The notes under the pieces are model-generated. The model saw only the letters and a program-made list of their open reading frames with translations. It did no database searches and had not been told where the DNA came from. Positions 33,649-41,650 of a stretch of 42,798 bases of DNA are shown here, one piece after another. Source of the stretch: a virus; IMG/VR virus record IMGVR_UViG_3300045988_177667, positions 1 through 42,798 of that record; one strand, given 5' to 3'. Made by a program: the position numbers and the translations under genes. Numbering within the stretch: the stretch's first letter is position 1; every line of letters starts with the position of its first letter.

Positions 33649-35212
33649 TGTACGATGGTTCCGCTATCTGATCCCGCAGAATCGCCTCAACGAGATCATT
33701 ATCCACAATAGCCCCTTCCGTCCGAAACTTCACGCCCCGACGAAGAATATACTGCCGATACTCCTCCACACTCCGCGGAGACAAATTCTTCGCCTCCAAA
33801 ACCTGATACAAACGCGTCTCAGTCGGCGGATTACTACTGAAATCATCAACCATACGCGTCAAATCCGGAACAAAAACATAGTCGACCATTTTCAACGCGT
33901 CAGGCAGCCAGAAATCGGCGGCCAGGCTGAAAGCCTTCCTCACCGCGGACGATGACACGCTCATCTGCTGCTCAAAAAGAGACAGAATAGCAGCCACGCG
34001 CATAACATGATTCCCCATACGATCAATGACCGCCTGCACTGCCCGCTGGAAAGGCGACTCGCGGGCCGCCTCCCTACCCCAGGCTCGCACCGTTTCAACC
34101 CAAACATTCCGAGCAGACTCAGTCACAGTCATAGTCATTGGCGTATTGACAGGCCAAAATTCGGTGGCACAAGTGACAGTACCACGGAATTCATGCTGCA
34201 TCATACCCAACATTGTTGAAATGCGCTCGGAAGCATGCTCAACGAAACCATCGCCACCGTGCACGCCCCGGTCATTGTTGGTGACCCATCCGAAAGACGA
34301 CGGATCAGACTGGCGATTCTCCTCGTCCAACGCGAAAAGAATGCGCGGACCCCACCCAGTCTCAAACAAAGACTGTGACATACTATCGACTACGTCGCCG
34401 AGAATCCCAGTGCCGCAGAAAGCAAGAGAATGAGGAACCCTCTCACTATCAGCTCGCCTGACGCCGTCGTCTCCGACCCGCACTGACTCGACCGTTTTGC
34501 CCGAGTAGACGTCGGTCAAGAAACCGATGAGCCCACTACGATAACCCTCACCCTGTGACGCAGAATACATGTTCTGCAATTCGTCCACAAACATGATAGA
34601 CGCCCCGCCAGGACGCTGCGCCATCCGAAGATTCAAACCTTCGGCCGTCACATTCGACCCGAACAAAACATTCGCCATCAAGGAACGCTCGCACGGACTA
34701 TTATCAATAGTGTTCAGCAAATCTTTACGATCAGCCTCGAACCCTGCGATACTATTATTGATATCGTCCCGCTCCGTCCGATACTCATCAATATCGACAC
34801 GCCCACTCCTCTTTTCCAGGGATTCCAGGCGGCGGTACAGCATGCGGAGTGCTGAATCCAGCTCCTGCACGGCCGCCAAAGACCGAGACGAATCCATCCA
34901 GAACGCGCCCACGCAGTCTTCAAAAAAGCTACGCACCAAAGACTGCGCCGTCGTCTTCCTCGACAAAGTAGACGCCCCCAGACAATGCGAATACAGGGTC
35001 AACGGCACCATATTCTGCGCGTTCGCAGACAAATGAGTCCTCGCAGACAACGGGGCGGACACCATCGTCAAGAAAGTCGTCCACAAAAACCTGAGTGGCG
35101 TCTCCGGCGACCTGGACTGCAAATAGTCAATGATCCTGTCAACGAACCAATCATAGTGCACGCCCCCATCCGGGGACGCGAACTCGTAATCCGCAATCCT
35201 CTCAACACTCAA
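33641..35212 (-). CDS. DUF3987-like putative replicative helicase/NTPase
   Basis: A 523-aa ORF with a degenerate P-loop (CLGASTLSRKTT) and a Walker B-like IMFVDEL. It is paired with the primase-like gene. Confidence 0.4.
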   Translation of the reverse strand: MSVERIADYEFASPDGGVHYDWFVDRIIDYLQSRSPETPLRFLWTTFLTMVSAPLSARTHLSANAQNMVPLTLYSHCLGASTLSRKTTAQSLVRSFFEDCVGAFWMDSSRSLAAVQELDSALRMLYRRLESLEKRSGRVDIDEYRTERDDINNSIAGFEADRKDLLNTIDNSPCERSLMANVLFGSNVTAEGLNLRMAQRPGGASIMFVDELQNMYSASQGEGYRSGLIGFLTDVYSGKTVESVRVGDDGVRRADSERVPHSLAFCGTGILGDVVDSMSQSLFETGWGPRILFALDEENRQSDPSSFGWVTNNDRGVHGGDGFVEHASERISTMLGMMQHEFRGTVTCATEFWPVNTPMTMTVTESARNVWVETVRAWGREAARESPFQRAVQAVIDRMGNHVMRVAAILSLFEQQMSVSSSAVRKAFSLAADFWLPDALKMVDYVFVPDLTRMVDDFSSNPPTETRLYQVLEAKNLSPRSVEEYRQYILRRGVKFRTEGAIVDNDLVEAILRDQIAEPSYSE

Positions 35213-35523
35213 TTGTTCTCACCCTCCACGTCGACAAGAAAACTATTGAAAGCGTCAATAATTTCGTCGCCGTCGAAAGTATAGCCAACATCAAACATGG
35301 GGCCCCAATAACGGTTCGTCTGTTCGAAAATCGTCGCCTTGTAGCCGCGCACAGTATCCGCCTCGAAAATAAACCGGTGCCCGGGCGATGCGACGACAAT
35401 GTGGATGCTGTTGTTCCAGGCGCTTACTTCCAGGCCGAGCGAATCATTCCCGCCCTTACTGGCGTAATTCTTGCACGCCTCAGTAACATGCTTCAGGAAT
35501 TCCCAATCGAACAGCTTGATCAT
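35209..35523 (-). CDS. Hypothetical protein
   Basis: ATG at 35523 overlaps the upstream stop (ATGA). The product is 104 aa. Confidence 0.5.
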   Translation of the reverse strand: MIKLFDWEFLKHVTEACKNYASKGGNDSLGLEVSAWNNSIHIVVASPGHRFIFEADTVRGYKATIFEQTNRYWGPMFDVGYTFDGDEIIDAFNSFLVDVEGENN

Positions 35524-35828
35524 TCGTCCTCCCACAGTCTTGTCTTGATTTCGACGAGCAGCTCCCGAAGCCCCCATGCTTCTCTTCCTTTTACTGTTGT
35601 TATTGTTTCGTCCGTGTCACGATCTCGAATGCCCACCGAATACTCGCCACCCACAATATTGAGAGTGCACCCGCACCGTTTCCCGACGACATCCAAGTAG
35701 AGGACGGGCAGGTCACTGTCCAATATGGCGTCCTCGCCCGCGTCCAATAGGATGGACTCGCAACGCGGATCATTAAGCATCTCCACGACGAATTCGGTCA
35801 CGATATGGCGCAGCTCATCGTTAATCAT
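35520..35828 (-). CDS. Hypothetical acidic protein
   Basis: A 102-aa ORF, coupled to its neighbours. Confidence 0.5.
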   Translation of the reverse strand: MINDELRHIVTEFVVEMLNDPRCESILLDAGEDAILDSDLPVLYLDVVGKRCGCTLNIVGGEYSVGIRDRDTDETITTVKGREAWGLRELLVEIKTRLWEDE

Positions 35829-36160
35829 GACTCCTCAGCTTCCTTCATGCCGACCAGCTCTGCGAAACGATTCACAGCATTGACGATAGTTCCCCTCTCA
35901 GCGCCACTCTCGTCCACGAGGACATGATTAGACAGCTGAATAACACGCACCCGCCAATCACCATCCTTCGTCACAATAATCCTGAAGACAGTCCTATCAT
36001 CAGAGTTCACGGCCATCACCTTGAAGAAAACCCTAGAAGGACGACCGCCGTCATTGTGGCCCTGCAAAGCGACGATCGAACACTGAGGCCACTGAGCGAA
36101 ATCGCCGACACAACTAGCAAGAAAAGCAAACACGGCCTTATCGATACTGGAGTCACTCAT
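35825..36160 (-). CDS. Hypothetical protein
   Basis: ATG at 36160 overlaps the upstream stop by 8 nt. The product is 111 aa. Confidence 0.5.
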   Translation of the reverse strand: MSDSSIDKAVFAFLASCVGDFAQWPQCSIVALQGHNDGGRPSRVFFKVMAVNSDDRTVFRIIVTKDGDWRVRVIQLSNHVLVDESGAERGTIVNAVNRFAELVGMKEAEES

Positions 36161-36434
36161 TGCCGGCCGCCTTACCGCGGTTCTCCGCAACAATCAAAGC
36201 GCGATGGACGAACTCGCCTACACTCTCCGGAGGAATCGCGATGCTCTTCCGCTTAACATGCCTTGCCCTCACCGTCTCGCCGGCGACCACGATGCGACAG
36301 GTGCTGCCAATAGTGATGATGCCGCCATCGTAAATCTTACGGGCAGGCGCATGCACATTGAACTCGTGGCGGCGCCCGTCATTATTCCACTCATGGACCG
36401 CCTGAGCGAGAACCGTTCCGAAAACTGTACCCAT
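36153..36434 (-). CDS. Hypothetical protein
   Basis: A 93-aa ORF. Confidence 0.5.
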   Translation of the reverse strand: MGTVFGTVLAQAVHEWNNDGRRHEFNVHAPARKIYDGGIITIGSTCRIVVAGETVRARHVKRKSIAIPPESVGEFVHRALIVAENRGKAAGNE

Positions 36435-36500
36435 AGTAATGCTTCTCTCTTCCCAAATATTGTGATGGATACTACTATTTACTGTTGAAGTGCGTAGGGT

Positions 36501-36992
36501 TTAAATATCGGAGCCGATCACCCACTCGGCCGACACGCCCACTAGATCACACAAATCAACCAACGTGTCCCGCGCATCGGACCGGGCGTACTCCCACATC
36601 GGCGAACCCTTATCACTGCCCAGCATTTCTTCCAGGCAAAGAATGAAATCATTCACCAAACGAGCACTTTCTTCTTTCATCTCTTGGCGCTTGACATGTT
36701 TCCGAATCCACCCAGCCGCAACAGCCGTGTTCTCACCCATAGTGGAAATCTTCCCCCACCATGCATCCGCCGTTGTTTTCTCCACATCTAAATACCAAGC
36801 CGTCGGCCTACCATCGTCGAAAACGTACGCTTCAACAATGCCGACCTTAGTATCCCAAATAATGACAGTAAAACCATCATCGTCGTGATAGTAGGACATG
36901 GCAGGCGGCATATTCTCCCGAATAAACCCCATCTCAACGTCCCGATCAGTCACCCCTTCATCGTTGGGGCCACCATATTCAAACCATAACAT
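36501..36992 (-). CDS. Hypothetical protein
   Basis: ATG at 36992 follows a GGAGAAGAGA Shine-Dalgarno. The product is 163 aa. Confidence 0.5.
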   Translation of the reverse strand: MLWFEYGGPNDEGVTDRDVEMGFIRENMPPAMSYYHDDDGFTVIIWDTKVGIVEAYVFDDGRPTAWYLDVEKTTADAWWGKISTMGENTAVAAGWIRKHVKRQEMKEESARLVNDFILCLEEMLGSDKGSPMWEYARSDARDTLVDLCDLVGVSAEWVIGSDI

Positions 36993-37575
36993 TATTCTCT
37001 TCTCCTCTCTTTTTTCCTGAAACGGCCTCACCGGAAACAAACATCATCCCACCCATCGGCTTCGTGTAAATGTGGAAGCGCGTTGAATGCGTGAGCGGCG
37101 TCGCCGGCTTCCACTGGGCAGCACCCTCAACGGGGGTGCGGGAACGCGAAACAACAGGATCATGGGTGAGGTCATCCACAAAGCGGTCCCAGATGGGACG
37201 CTTCGACACATCCTCCCTAATGAGCTGATCAATGTCCAGCTCGACGCCGCTTCGCCTCATAGCGACCATCATGGTGCCGATCGTCGCCCCACCGGACGAC
37301 ACTACCAGGGTCGAATAGTCGTCCTCGTCAACATGGAGACCATGCTCATCGGCCAGGGTGAGAATGCGGTCATAAATTTTCGCCACGCCCACCATGGAAG
37401 CCAGCGCCTCGCTAGCGGAACGACGATCGCCCGACCGAAACTCGGGCAGATGGGCGGGTACGAGGCGATCGGACAGAAGAATGTCTTCCCCGTCCATTAT
37501 CCGTGTTGTGCCGTCCAACCAAATGCCCCGCGACCAATTCGTGACGTCGACGGTGAAATGCGCGTCATAAAACAT
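36979..37575 (-). CDS. Hypothetical protein
   Basis: ATG at 37575 follows a GAGGAAGAGGA Shine-Dalgarno. The product is 198 aa. Confidence 0.5.
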   Translation of the reverse strand: MFYDAHFTVDVTNWSRGIWLDGTTRIMDGEDILLSDRLVPAHLPEFRSGDRRSASEALASMVGVAKIYDRILTLADEHGLHVDEDDYSTLVVSSGGATIGTMMVAMRRSGVELDIDQLIREDVSKRPIWDRFVDDLTHDPVVSRSRTPVEGAAQWKPATPLTHSTRFHIYTKPMGGMMFVSGEAVSGKKRGEENNVMV

Positions 37576-37622
37576 GATGTCCTCTTCCTCTAGTGTTTGT
37601 GCCGTTCGGAATCGGGGGGGGG

Positions 37623-37805
37623 TTACCGCACCCCCACCGTCCCCCAGATGGCCCAAATAGCTGCCACGACACCGAGCGTCCCGATCACAGCGAGACACGA
37701 TGCGGTCAGGTAGATGACGGCGGCGAGGATGATTTCACTGCTCCTCTTCAAAGGGCGGCGGGTAGCAACGTTGGTGCGCTTCGGTGCCGCGTGCCTCATG
37801 CTCAT
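37623..37805 (-). CDS. Small single-pass membrane protein
   Basis: ATG at 37805 follows GGAAAGAGGAGA. The 60-aa product has a basic N-terminus and a hydrophobic IILAAVIYLTASCLAVIGTLGVVAAIWAIW. Confidence 0.45.
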   Translation of the reverse strand: MSMRHAAPKRTNVATRRPLKRSSEIILAAVIYLTASCLAVIGTLGVVAAIWAIWGTVGVR

Positions 37806-38137
37806 GGTGTCTCCTCTTTCCACGTGATGGTCTTGGTTGTGTTGCGGGGCGTCTGCCCCGTCTGACGGAGCCGTTGTCTTGCTCCCGATGGTCTTAACTC
37901 TAGGGTCACGATGGCGGTCTGTCCACCCCACCTGAGTGAGACGTCTGTCACGCTCTGGGGTGTTGGTTCCAGACACACACGGCCCATCACCCCCAAAACA
38001 TCGGGTGATGGGCCGCATATGGTTGCATCCTCCATCCCGTGCGATCACGAAACGGAGGACGCGACACCAGTCCAGGTGCAGGAACCTCTCAGGGCCTCGA
38101 AGATTAGTATGTCATTGTTAACCCCTGTTGCACCGTC

Positions 38138-38575
38138 TCATATGAGGTCAATGCCCTTCTTCTCCAGTACGCGCTCAATCGCCTCAACATTCTCCACATC
38201 CTCACCAGTGACACTAATGTTGCACTCGATCTCGCCGTCACTGTTCTCAAGAATTTCGAGCTCGAGCGCAATACGGTCCAAACCGAAAATTATATGCCTG
38301 CCCGATAGTGCGATAGGCCGCACGTCCACGTATCCAATTGCACGGAGAGCGTCGAGGGCGCGGATCATCATGTCAGCGCCGCGTGTGACAGCGGCGAGCA
38401 GCGCCGTCAAATATTCGGGCGTCTCCCACTTGTCGGCGACGTGCAACGTGTAGTCCGTGCCGTCCATGTGCTCGATCAGAATTGCGAGGCGCGCGCCACG
38501 ATCGTCTGACAGCTTCGCTTCTCTATGCAGGTCTATACGTCGAATGAGCATTCCCTCACGTGTTGTGTTATTCAT
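38138..38575 (-). CDS. Hypothetical protein, the first gene of the leftward early operon
   Basis: ATG at 38575 follows GAAGGAAGAGAGGA. The product is 145 aa. The ORF-track start at 38608 is a TTG. Confidence 0.5.
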   Translation of the reverse strand: MNNTTREGMLIRRIDLHREAKLSDDRGARLAILIEHMDGTDYTLHVADKWETPEYLTALLAAVTRGADMMIRALDALRAIGYVDVRPIALSGRHIIFGLDRIALELEILENSDGEIECNISVTGEDVENVEAIERVLEKKGIDLI

Positions 38576-38625
38576 TCGCGTTCCGTCCTCTCTTCCTTCG
38601 TGCACCAACCTTCGTTAGCGTGTCT

Positions 38626-38656
38626 ACTATAGAAGAGCGGTGTGTGATGCTGTCAA
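38626..38656 (-). promoter_or_regulatory. Candidate leftward early promoter (TTGACA-N19-TATAGT on the - strand)
   Basis: The - strand reads ggTTGACAgcatcacacaccgctcttcTATAGTag, about 45 nt upstream of the first early gene. The spacer is longer than ideal. Confidence 0.4.
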
Positions 38657-38851
38657 CCCCCCAGTGTGTGTGACTCGTGTCTCAGTGGGCTATGGGAGCT
38701 CCCACGGGCTTGCGCCGCCGCTCCGCCCGTCCCACACCCCTCTACACACAATGTGACAGAGAACACTCCTCCTGGGCCTTGGGCAACACAAGACCCAGGA
38801 GGCATTCTTATATCAACGAAACAGCAACGACCCGAGAGGAAGGCCACGAAA

Positions 38852-39196
38852 GTGAGCAACACCATCCACCGTACTGACGACCCCGCCCTCGAGACCATCG
38901 AGCTCGGCGCCATCTACCGGGTTCATGCTCCTCGCACCGGCGAGCCCTGGACCCTCTACACGACGGGTGACGATTGCGGCGTCGACTCGATCGCCCCGCT
39001 GGAGGTGCCCGACGGATGGGACGACTCCTACGAGTACGCGATGGTCGACGAGAACATTTGGTCTCGTCTCGCTCGCCTCGCCCATGACGCTTTCCTCGCC
39101 AACGCGATCCTTGAGGTCGCCATCGTTCCCGTCGTCGACGAGGAGGCGGACGCCGACTCGCACGCTCTGCTGCACCGTCACTCCTGGCCCTACTGA
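38852..39196 (+). CDS. Acidic hypothetical protein
   Basis: GTG at 38852 follows GAGAGGAAGG. The product is 114 aa. The upstream part of ORF 38666..39196 looks non-coding. Confidence 0.45.
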   Translation: MSNTIHRTDDPALETIELGAIYRVHAPRTGEPWTLYTTGDDCGVDSIAPLEVPDGWDDSYEYAMVDENIWSRLARLAHDAFLANAILEVAIVPVVDEEADADSHALLHRHSWPY

Positions 39197-39217
39197 TCTG
39201 ACTGTCCCGAGGACGAC

Positions 39218-39250
39218 GAGGCCCCATCTCCGACGAGGAGGTGGGGCCTC
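39218..39250 (+). terminator. Hairpin after 38852..39196 (gaggcccca/tggggcctc)
   Basis: A 9-bp GC-rich stem with inner CTCC/GGAG pairing. There is no clear U-tract. Confidence 0.4.
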
Positions 39251-39595
39251 AGTGCGTCTTAGATGGAGGAAAGGCGGTGTGTGATGGGTGTGTGATGTCG
39301 ACCACCGCACAGTGTCGATCTCTCACAGTTTCCGTTAACCTTCTGTTTACTTTGTTCACCTCCCGTTCACTTTCTACGCATGTGGGTTGTTTGCTAGCAA
39401 CTGGTTTTCTAGGACAAAAACACCCGTTTGTGTTACTACAATGTTGGTGCGTGTCGTCACACTTTCTGCCTTTGTAGCAAGGTTTTGCGCCAGAGAGTTC
39501 CTTGTGATTGCAACGTTTAGTCCCCGTTTGTGATTGTTTTGTTGGCAGTGTTTGTTGCTGGGACTTTAGTCTATATGCTACACTCGAGTAGACGA

Positions 39596-39675
39596 ATCGT
39601 CGAAGACGATCGGCGGCGCAGCCGCTGAGGAGCCCTAGCGACGCAAGCGAGCGTCAGCGCCGCCGGGTGTTTTCG
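39596..39675 (+). other. GC-rich compound hairpin followed by TTTT (orphan terminator or small structured RNA candidate)
   Basis: It contains atcgtc-gaa-gacgat. A 9-bp stem cggcggcgc/gcgccgccg then encloses a 37-nt GC-rich interior. ggtgTTTTcg follows. Confidence 0.35.
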
Positions 39676-39726
39676 AAGAGCTCGCCACTGTGTTGGGCCC
39701 AACCTATACTCTTAAAAGAGTACTAG

Positions 39727-39765
39727 AATTAGACACTGTCTAGCTGTGTTAGACAGTGTCTAATT
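39727..39765. promoter_or_regulatory. Paired palindromic operator-like sites AATTAGACAcTGTCTA / TAGACAgTGTCTAATT
   Basis: Two 13-bp palindromes (TAGACAnTGTCTA) lie 20 bp centre-to-centre. Together they form a 16-bp inverted repeat with a 7-bp spacer. Confidence 0.5.
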
Positions 39766-39910
39766 AGGGAATATGTGTTGTAACGTAATTAGTGTTCAAT
39801 GGTGAACATGGTGATCGTTAACAGTGAACAGTGTGTGGTGAGGACAACAATGCTGCTGTAGTGGTACACAACATACACACCTATTAAGTACACAAACCCA
39901 GAAACAATAA

Positions 39911-39970
39911 GGCGCGTGTTGTGTTACGTGCGTGCTCGCAGAGCTGCGCGCGCACTACACAACACACGCC
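39911..39970. repeat. Structured hairpin element, copy A (conserved 35-nt core, 14-bp outer stem)
   Basis: The sequence is ggcgcgtgttgtgt-tacgtgcgtgctcgcagagctgcgcgcgcact-acacaacacacgcc. The core matches copy B at 33 of 35 positions. Confidence 0.6.
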
Positions 39971-40047
39971 AACCCACAAACAAAGAGAAGAAGAAAAGCG
40001 AGGAGAGGAGGAAGAAGAAGGAAGAGGAGGAAGCAACAGAGAGAGTA

Positions 40048-40105
40048 GTGTTAGACGGTGGAGGCGCTCGTCTCGCTGACGCTGCGACGCGCCACCACCT
40101 AACAC
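40048..40105. repeat. Third imperfect GTGTT...AACAC hairpin
   Basis: gtgttag/ctaacac, ggtgg/ccacc and ggcgc/gcgcc are paired segments separated by bulges. Confidence 0.4.
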
Positions 40106-40139
40106 GACACAAAAAGAAGAGCAAAGAAGAAGAAACACG

Positions 40140-40484
40140 GTGAGCAGAACAAGCACAAAAGAACACAAACAATTCAGAAAACAAGTACTCGCCAGAGCAC
40201 AACAAATGGGCATCACACACTGCCCAGCATGCGGAACCAAACTCCAATACAACAACAACGGACAACGCAAACCCAACAGTGCCGAAGCCGACCACATAAT
40301 CCCAGCCTCGTTAGGCGGAACCAACCACCCAGACAACGGGCGAGTCCTCTGCGCCAAATGCAACAGCAGACGCGGCAACGGACGAGGAGGAAAAGGAAGA
40401 GCACGCCACTACCAGAAAAACGAAAACGAACGAGACAGACTACCCGTAGCCGTCATGCCCACCGAACACACCAACACATGGTGA
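40140..40484 (+). CDS. HNH endonuclease (terminase-associated type, judged by position)
   Basis: The 114-aa product reads HCPACGTKL...EADHIIPASLGGTNHPDNGRVLCAKCNSRRGN, the classic HNH with Cys pairs. It has a GTG start. It is located upstream of terS/terL, as in HK97-like cos phages. Confidence 0.8.
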   Translation: MSRTSTKEHKQFRKQVLARAQQMGITHCPACGTKLQYNNNGQRKPNSAEADHIIPASLGGTNHPDNGRVLCAKCNSRRGNGRGGKGRARHYQKNENERDRLPVAVMPTEHTNTW

Positions 40485-40580
40485 ATCACCCACCGCCATT
40501 CCAGCAGCAGAAGAAAGACGGGACACAGAGAAAGCGAGGAGAAGAAGAGACAGAGAAGAAGAAACAAAGGAAGACGCAAT

Positions 40581-40637
40581 GGTGTTCGGGGATAACGTGC
40601 GTGCTCGCAGGGCTGCGCGCGCACTACCCCGAACACC
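40581..40637. repeat. Structured hairpin element, copy B
   Basis: The sequence is ggtgttcgggg-ataacgtgcgtgctcgcagggctgcgcgcgcacta-ccccgaacacc. The perfect 11-bp outer stem differs in sequence from copy A but keeps complementarity. Confidence 0.6.
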
Positions 40638-41532
40638 AACACACAAAGGAAGAAGAAGAGGAAGAAGAAGAGAATACGGGAACAGTGAACTAAGACAAGA
40701 CACCACACACCCACCACCACCACCATTCCACAATACGCAACACAATGCGACACGACATGCACCACTACCACCGCACACGTTACAACATGACTGATGTGCA
40801 GACAGTAAACACCGCACGCCCTTCCACCCAACACAAACCATCACCGCCATCCCACAATGACACACCCCCTGACACAAAGACACCACCCTAAACCAACAAT
40901 GCTGTGACAGCAAACACACAGATGGGGAGAAGGGAAGAGGAAAGAGAAGAATGAGACACAGTCTCACCACAATGCCGCCCCCGCACCACCGCACTTCCTC
41001 CACCCCGCAACACAAGAGGAACAAGACAACACAAGAGAGACGGGAACAACATGAAGGGGATGACCCAACCCAACACAGGACACCACAGCACACACCACCC
41101 CCCGCCATTCAACGCGGCCACCACACAAACAGGAGAGGGACACCGATACAAATGGGAGGGGACACCAACATCAGACAGGGAGGTCAGTACTGCAACACCC
41201 GCCCTTCACTCACCATGCCACCCCCATCCACCATGCCACCCCACCATCCACACTGCCCCCACCCACCACCAATGCGAGGGGGGAGCAGACAGAGGATACC
41301 CCACCACAGACGAACACACACCCACACACACACACCGCACACCCGGCAAGACACAGCACACGACACGACCGCAGTACCGATGAGTACTGCACCGGGATAG
41401 GCGGGGCACGGGCCACACGCACTGACCGGGCAGGACAGCAGCAGCACACACCACCGCCATTCCACACACCACACACCAACGAGGATGGACACCATCCACT
41501 GTCTCACCTCACACTGTTCGCGTTCATACAAC

Positions 41533-41650
41533 CAACGAACGATCATGATCAACGACGATCAATGATCATCGTTCAATGATTGATCAACGAACAATGAACG
41601 ATGAACATGATGATGATCAATGATGATCAACAACGAACATGATCAACATG
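41533..41650. repeat. Iteron-like array rich in GATC (TGATCAAYRA and CAACGAAC words)
   Basis: Eight GATC sites lie at 41541, 41547, 41557, 41564, 41582, 41615, 41625 and 41641. (T/C)GATCAA occurs six times and CAACGAAC three times. Confidence 0.6.

Noticed and set aside
33699-33707. An isolated perfect DnaA box (TTATCCACA) on the + strand inside the helicase-like gene.
   Set aside because: A single 9-mer inside coding sequence is within chance expectation (about 0.3 per genome). It shows no clustering.
32299-33955. + strand ORFs of 238 and 271 aa (32299..33015, 33140..33955). ORF 27724..28374 is a similar case.
   Set aside because: They are antisense to the coupled leftward early genes. Their Arg/Pro/His-rich translations are produced by the A+C-rich + strand.
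37815-37830. A CACGTG core at about 37821 (ctttccacgtgatgg), considered as a possible fourth parS.
   Set aside because: The flanks match the parS consensus at only a few positions. It lies in the ribosome-binding region of a gene and is probably fortuitous.
38666-38851. The N-terminal 62 codons of ORF 38666..39196.
   Set aside because: The segment is Cys/Pro-rich and contains an inverted repeat (cctcctggg...cccaggagg). It lies in the divergent promoter region. The GTG at 38852 has a good Shine-Dalgarno.
39793-39808. TGTTCA-atgg-TGAACA, and GAAC-containing words in 41533..41640, considered as LexA (Cheo-type) SOS boxes.
   Set aside because: The Gram-positive and actinobacterial SOS box is GAAC-N4-GTTC. 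Here the half-sites are in the opposite order, or the second half is missing.
39911-40637. The repeated hairpin elements considered as a CRISPR array or tRNA-like genes.
   Set aside because: There are only two or three copies, about 670 bp apart, with a protein gene between them. They have no cloverleaf features (no T-loop GTTCRA, no anticodon arm), so they are neither CRISPR nor tRNA.
41221-41270. C-runs (CCCCC, CCCC, CCCCC, CCC) that would give a G-quadruplex on the - strand. The GGTGG repeats at about 22730..22760 are a similar case.
   Set aside because: The loops between runs are long and irregular. The pattern is an expected by-product of the extreme composition, and there is no specific support for it.
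40229-41400. Long + strand ORFs in the A+C-rich region (40229..40693, 40951..41400, 41051..41383), plus the 222-aa - strand ORF 40440..41108.
   Set aside because: Their translations are low-complexity Pro/His/Thr/Arg/Gln strings, or Cys/Gly/Val strings on the - strand. The ORFs overlap one another in several frames and have no Shine-Dalgarno or start context. Their length is explained by T depletion, which removes stop codons.
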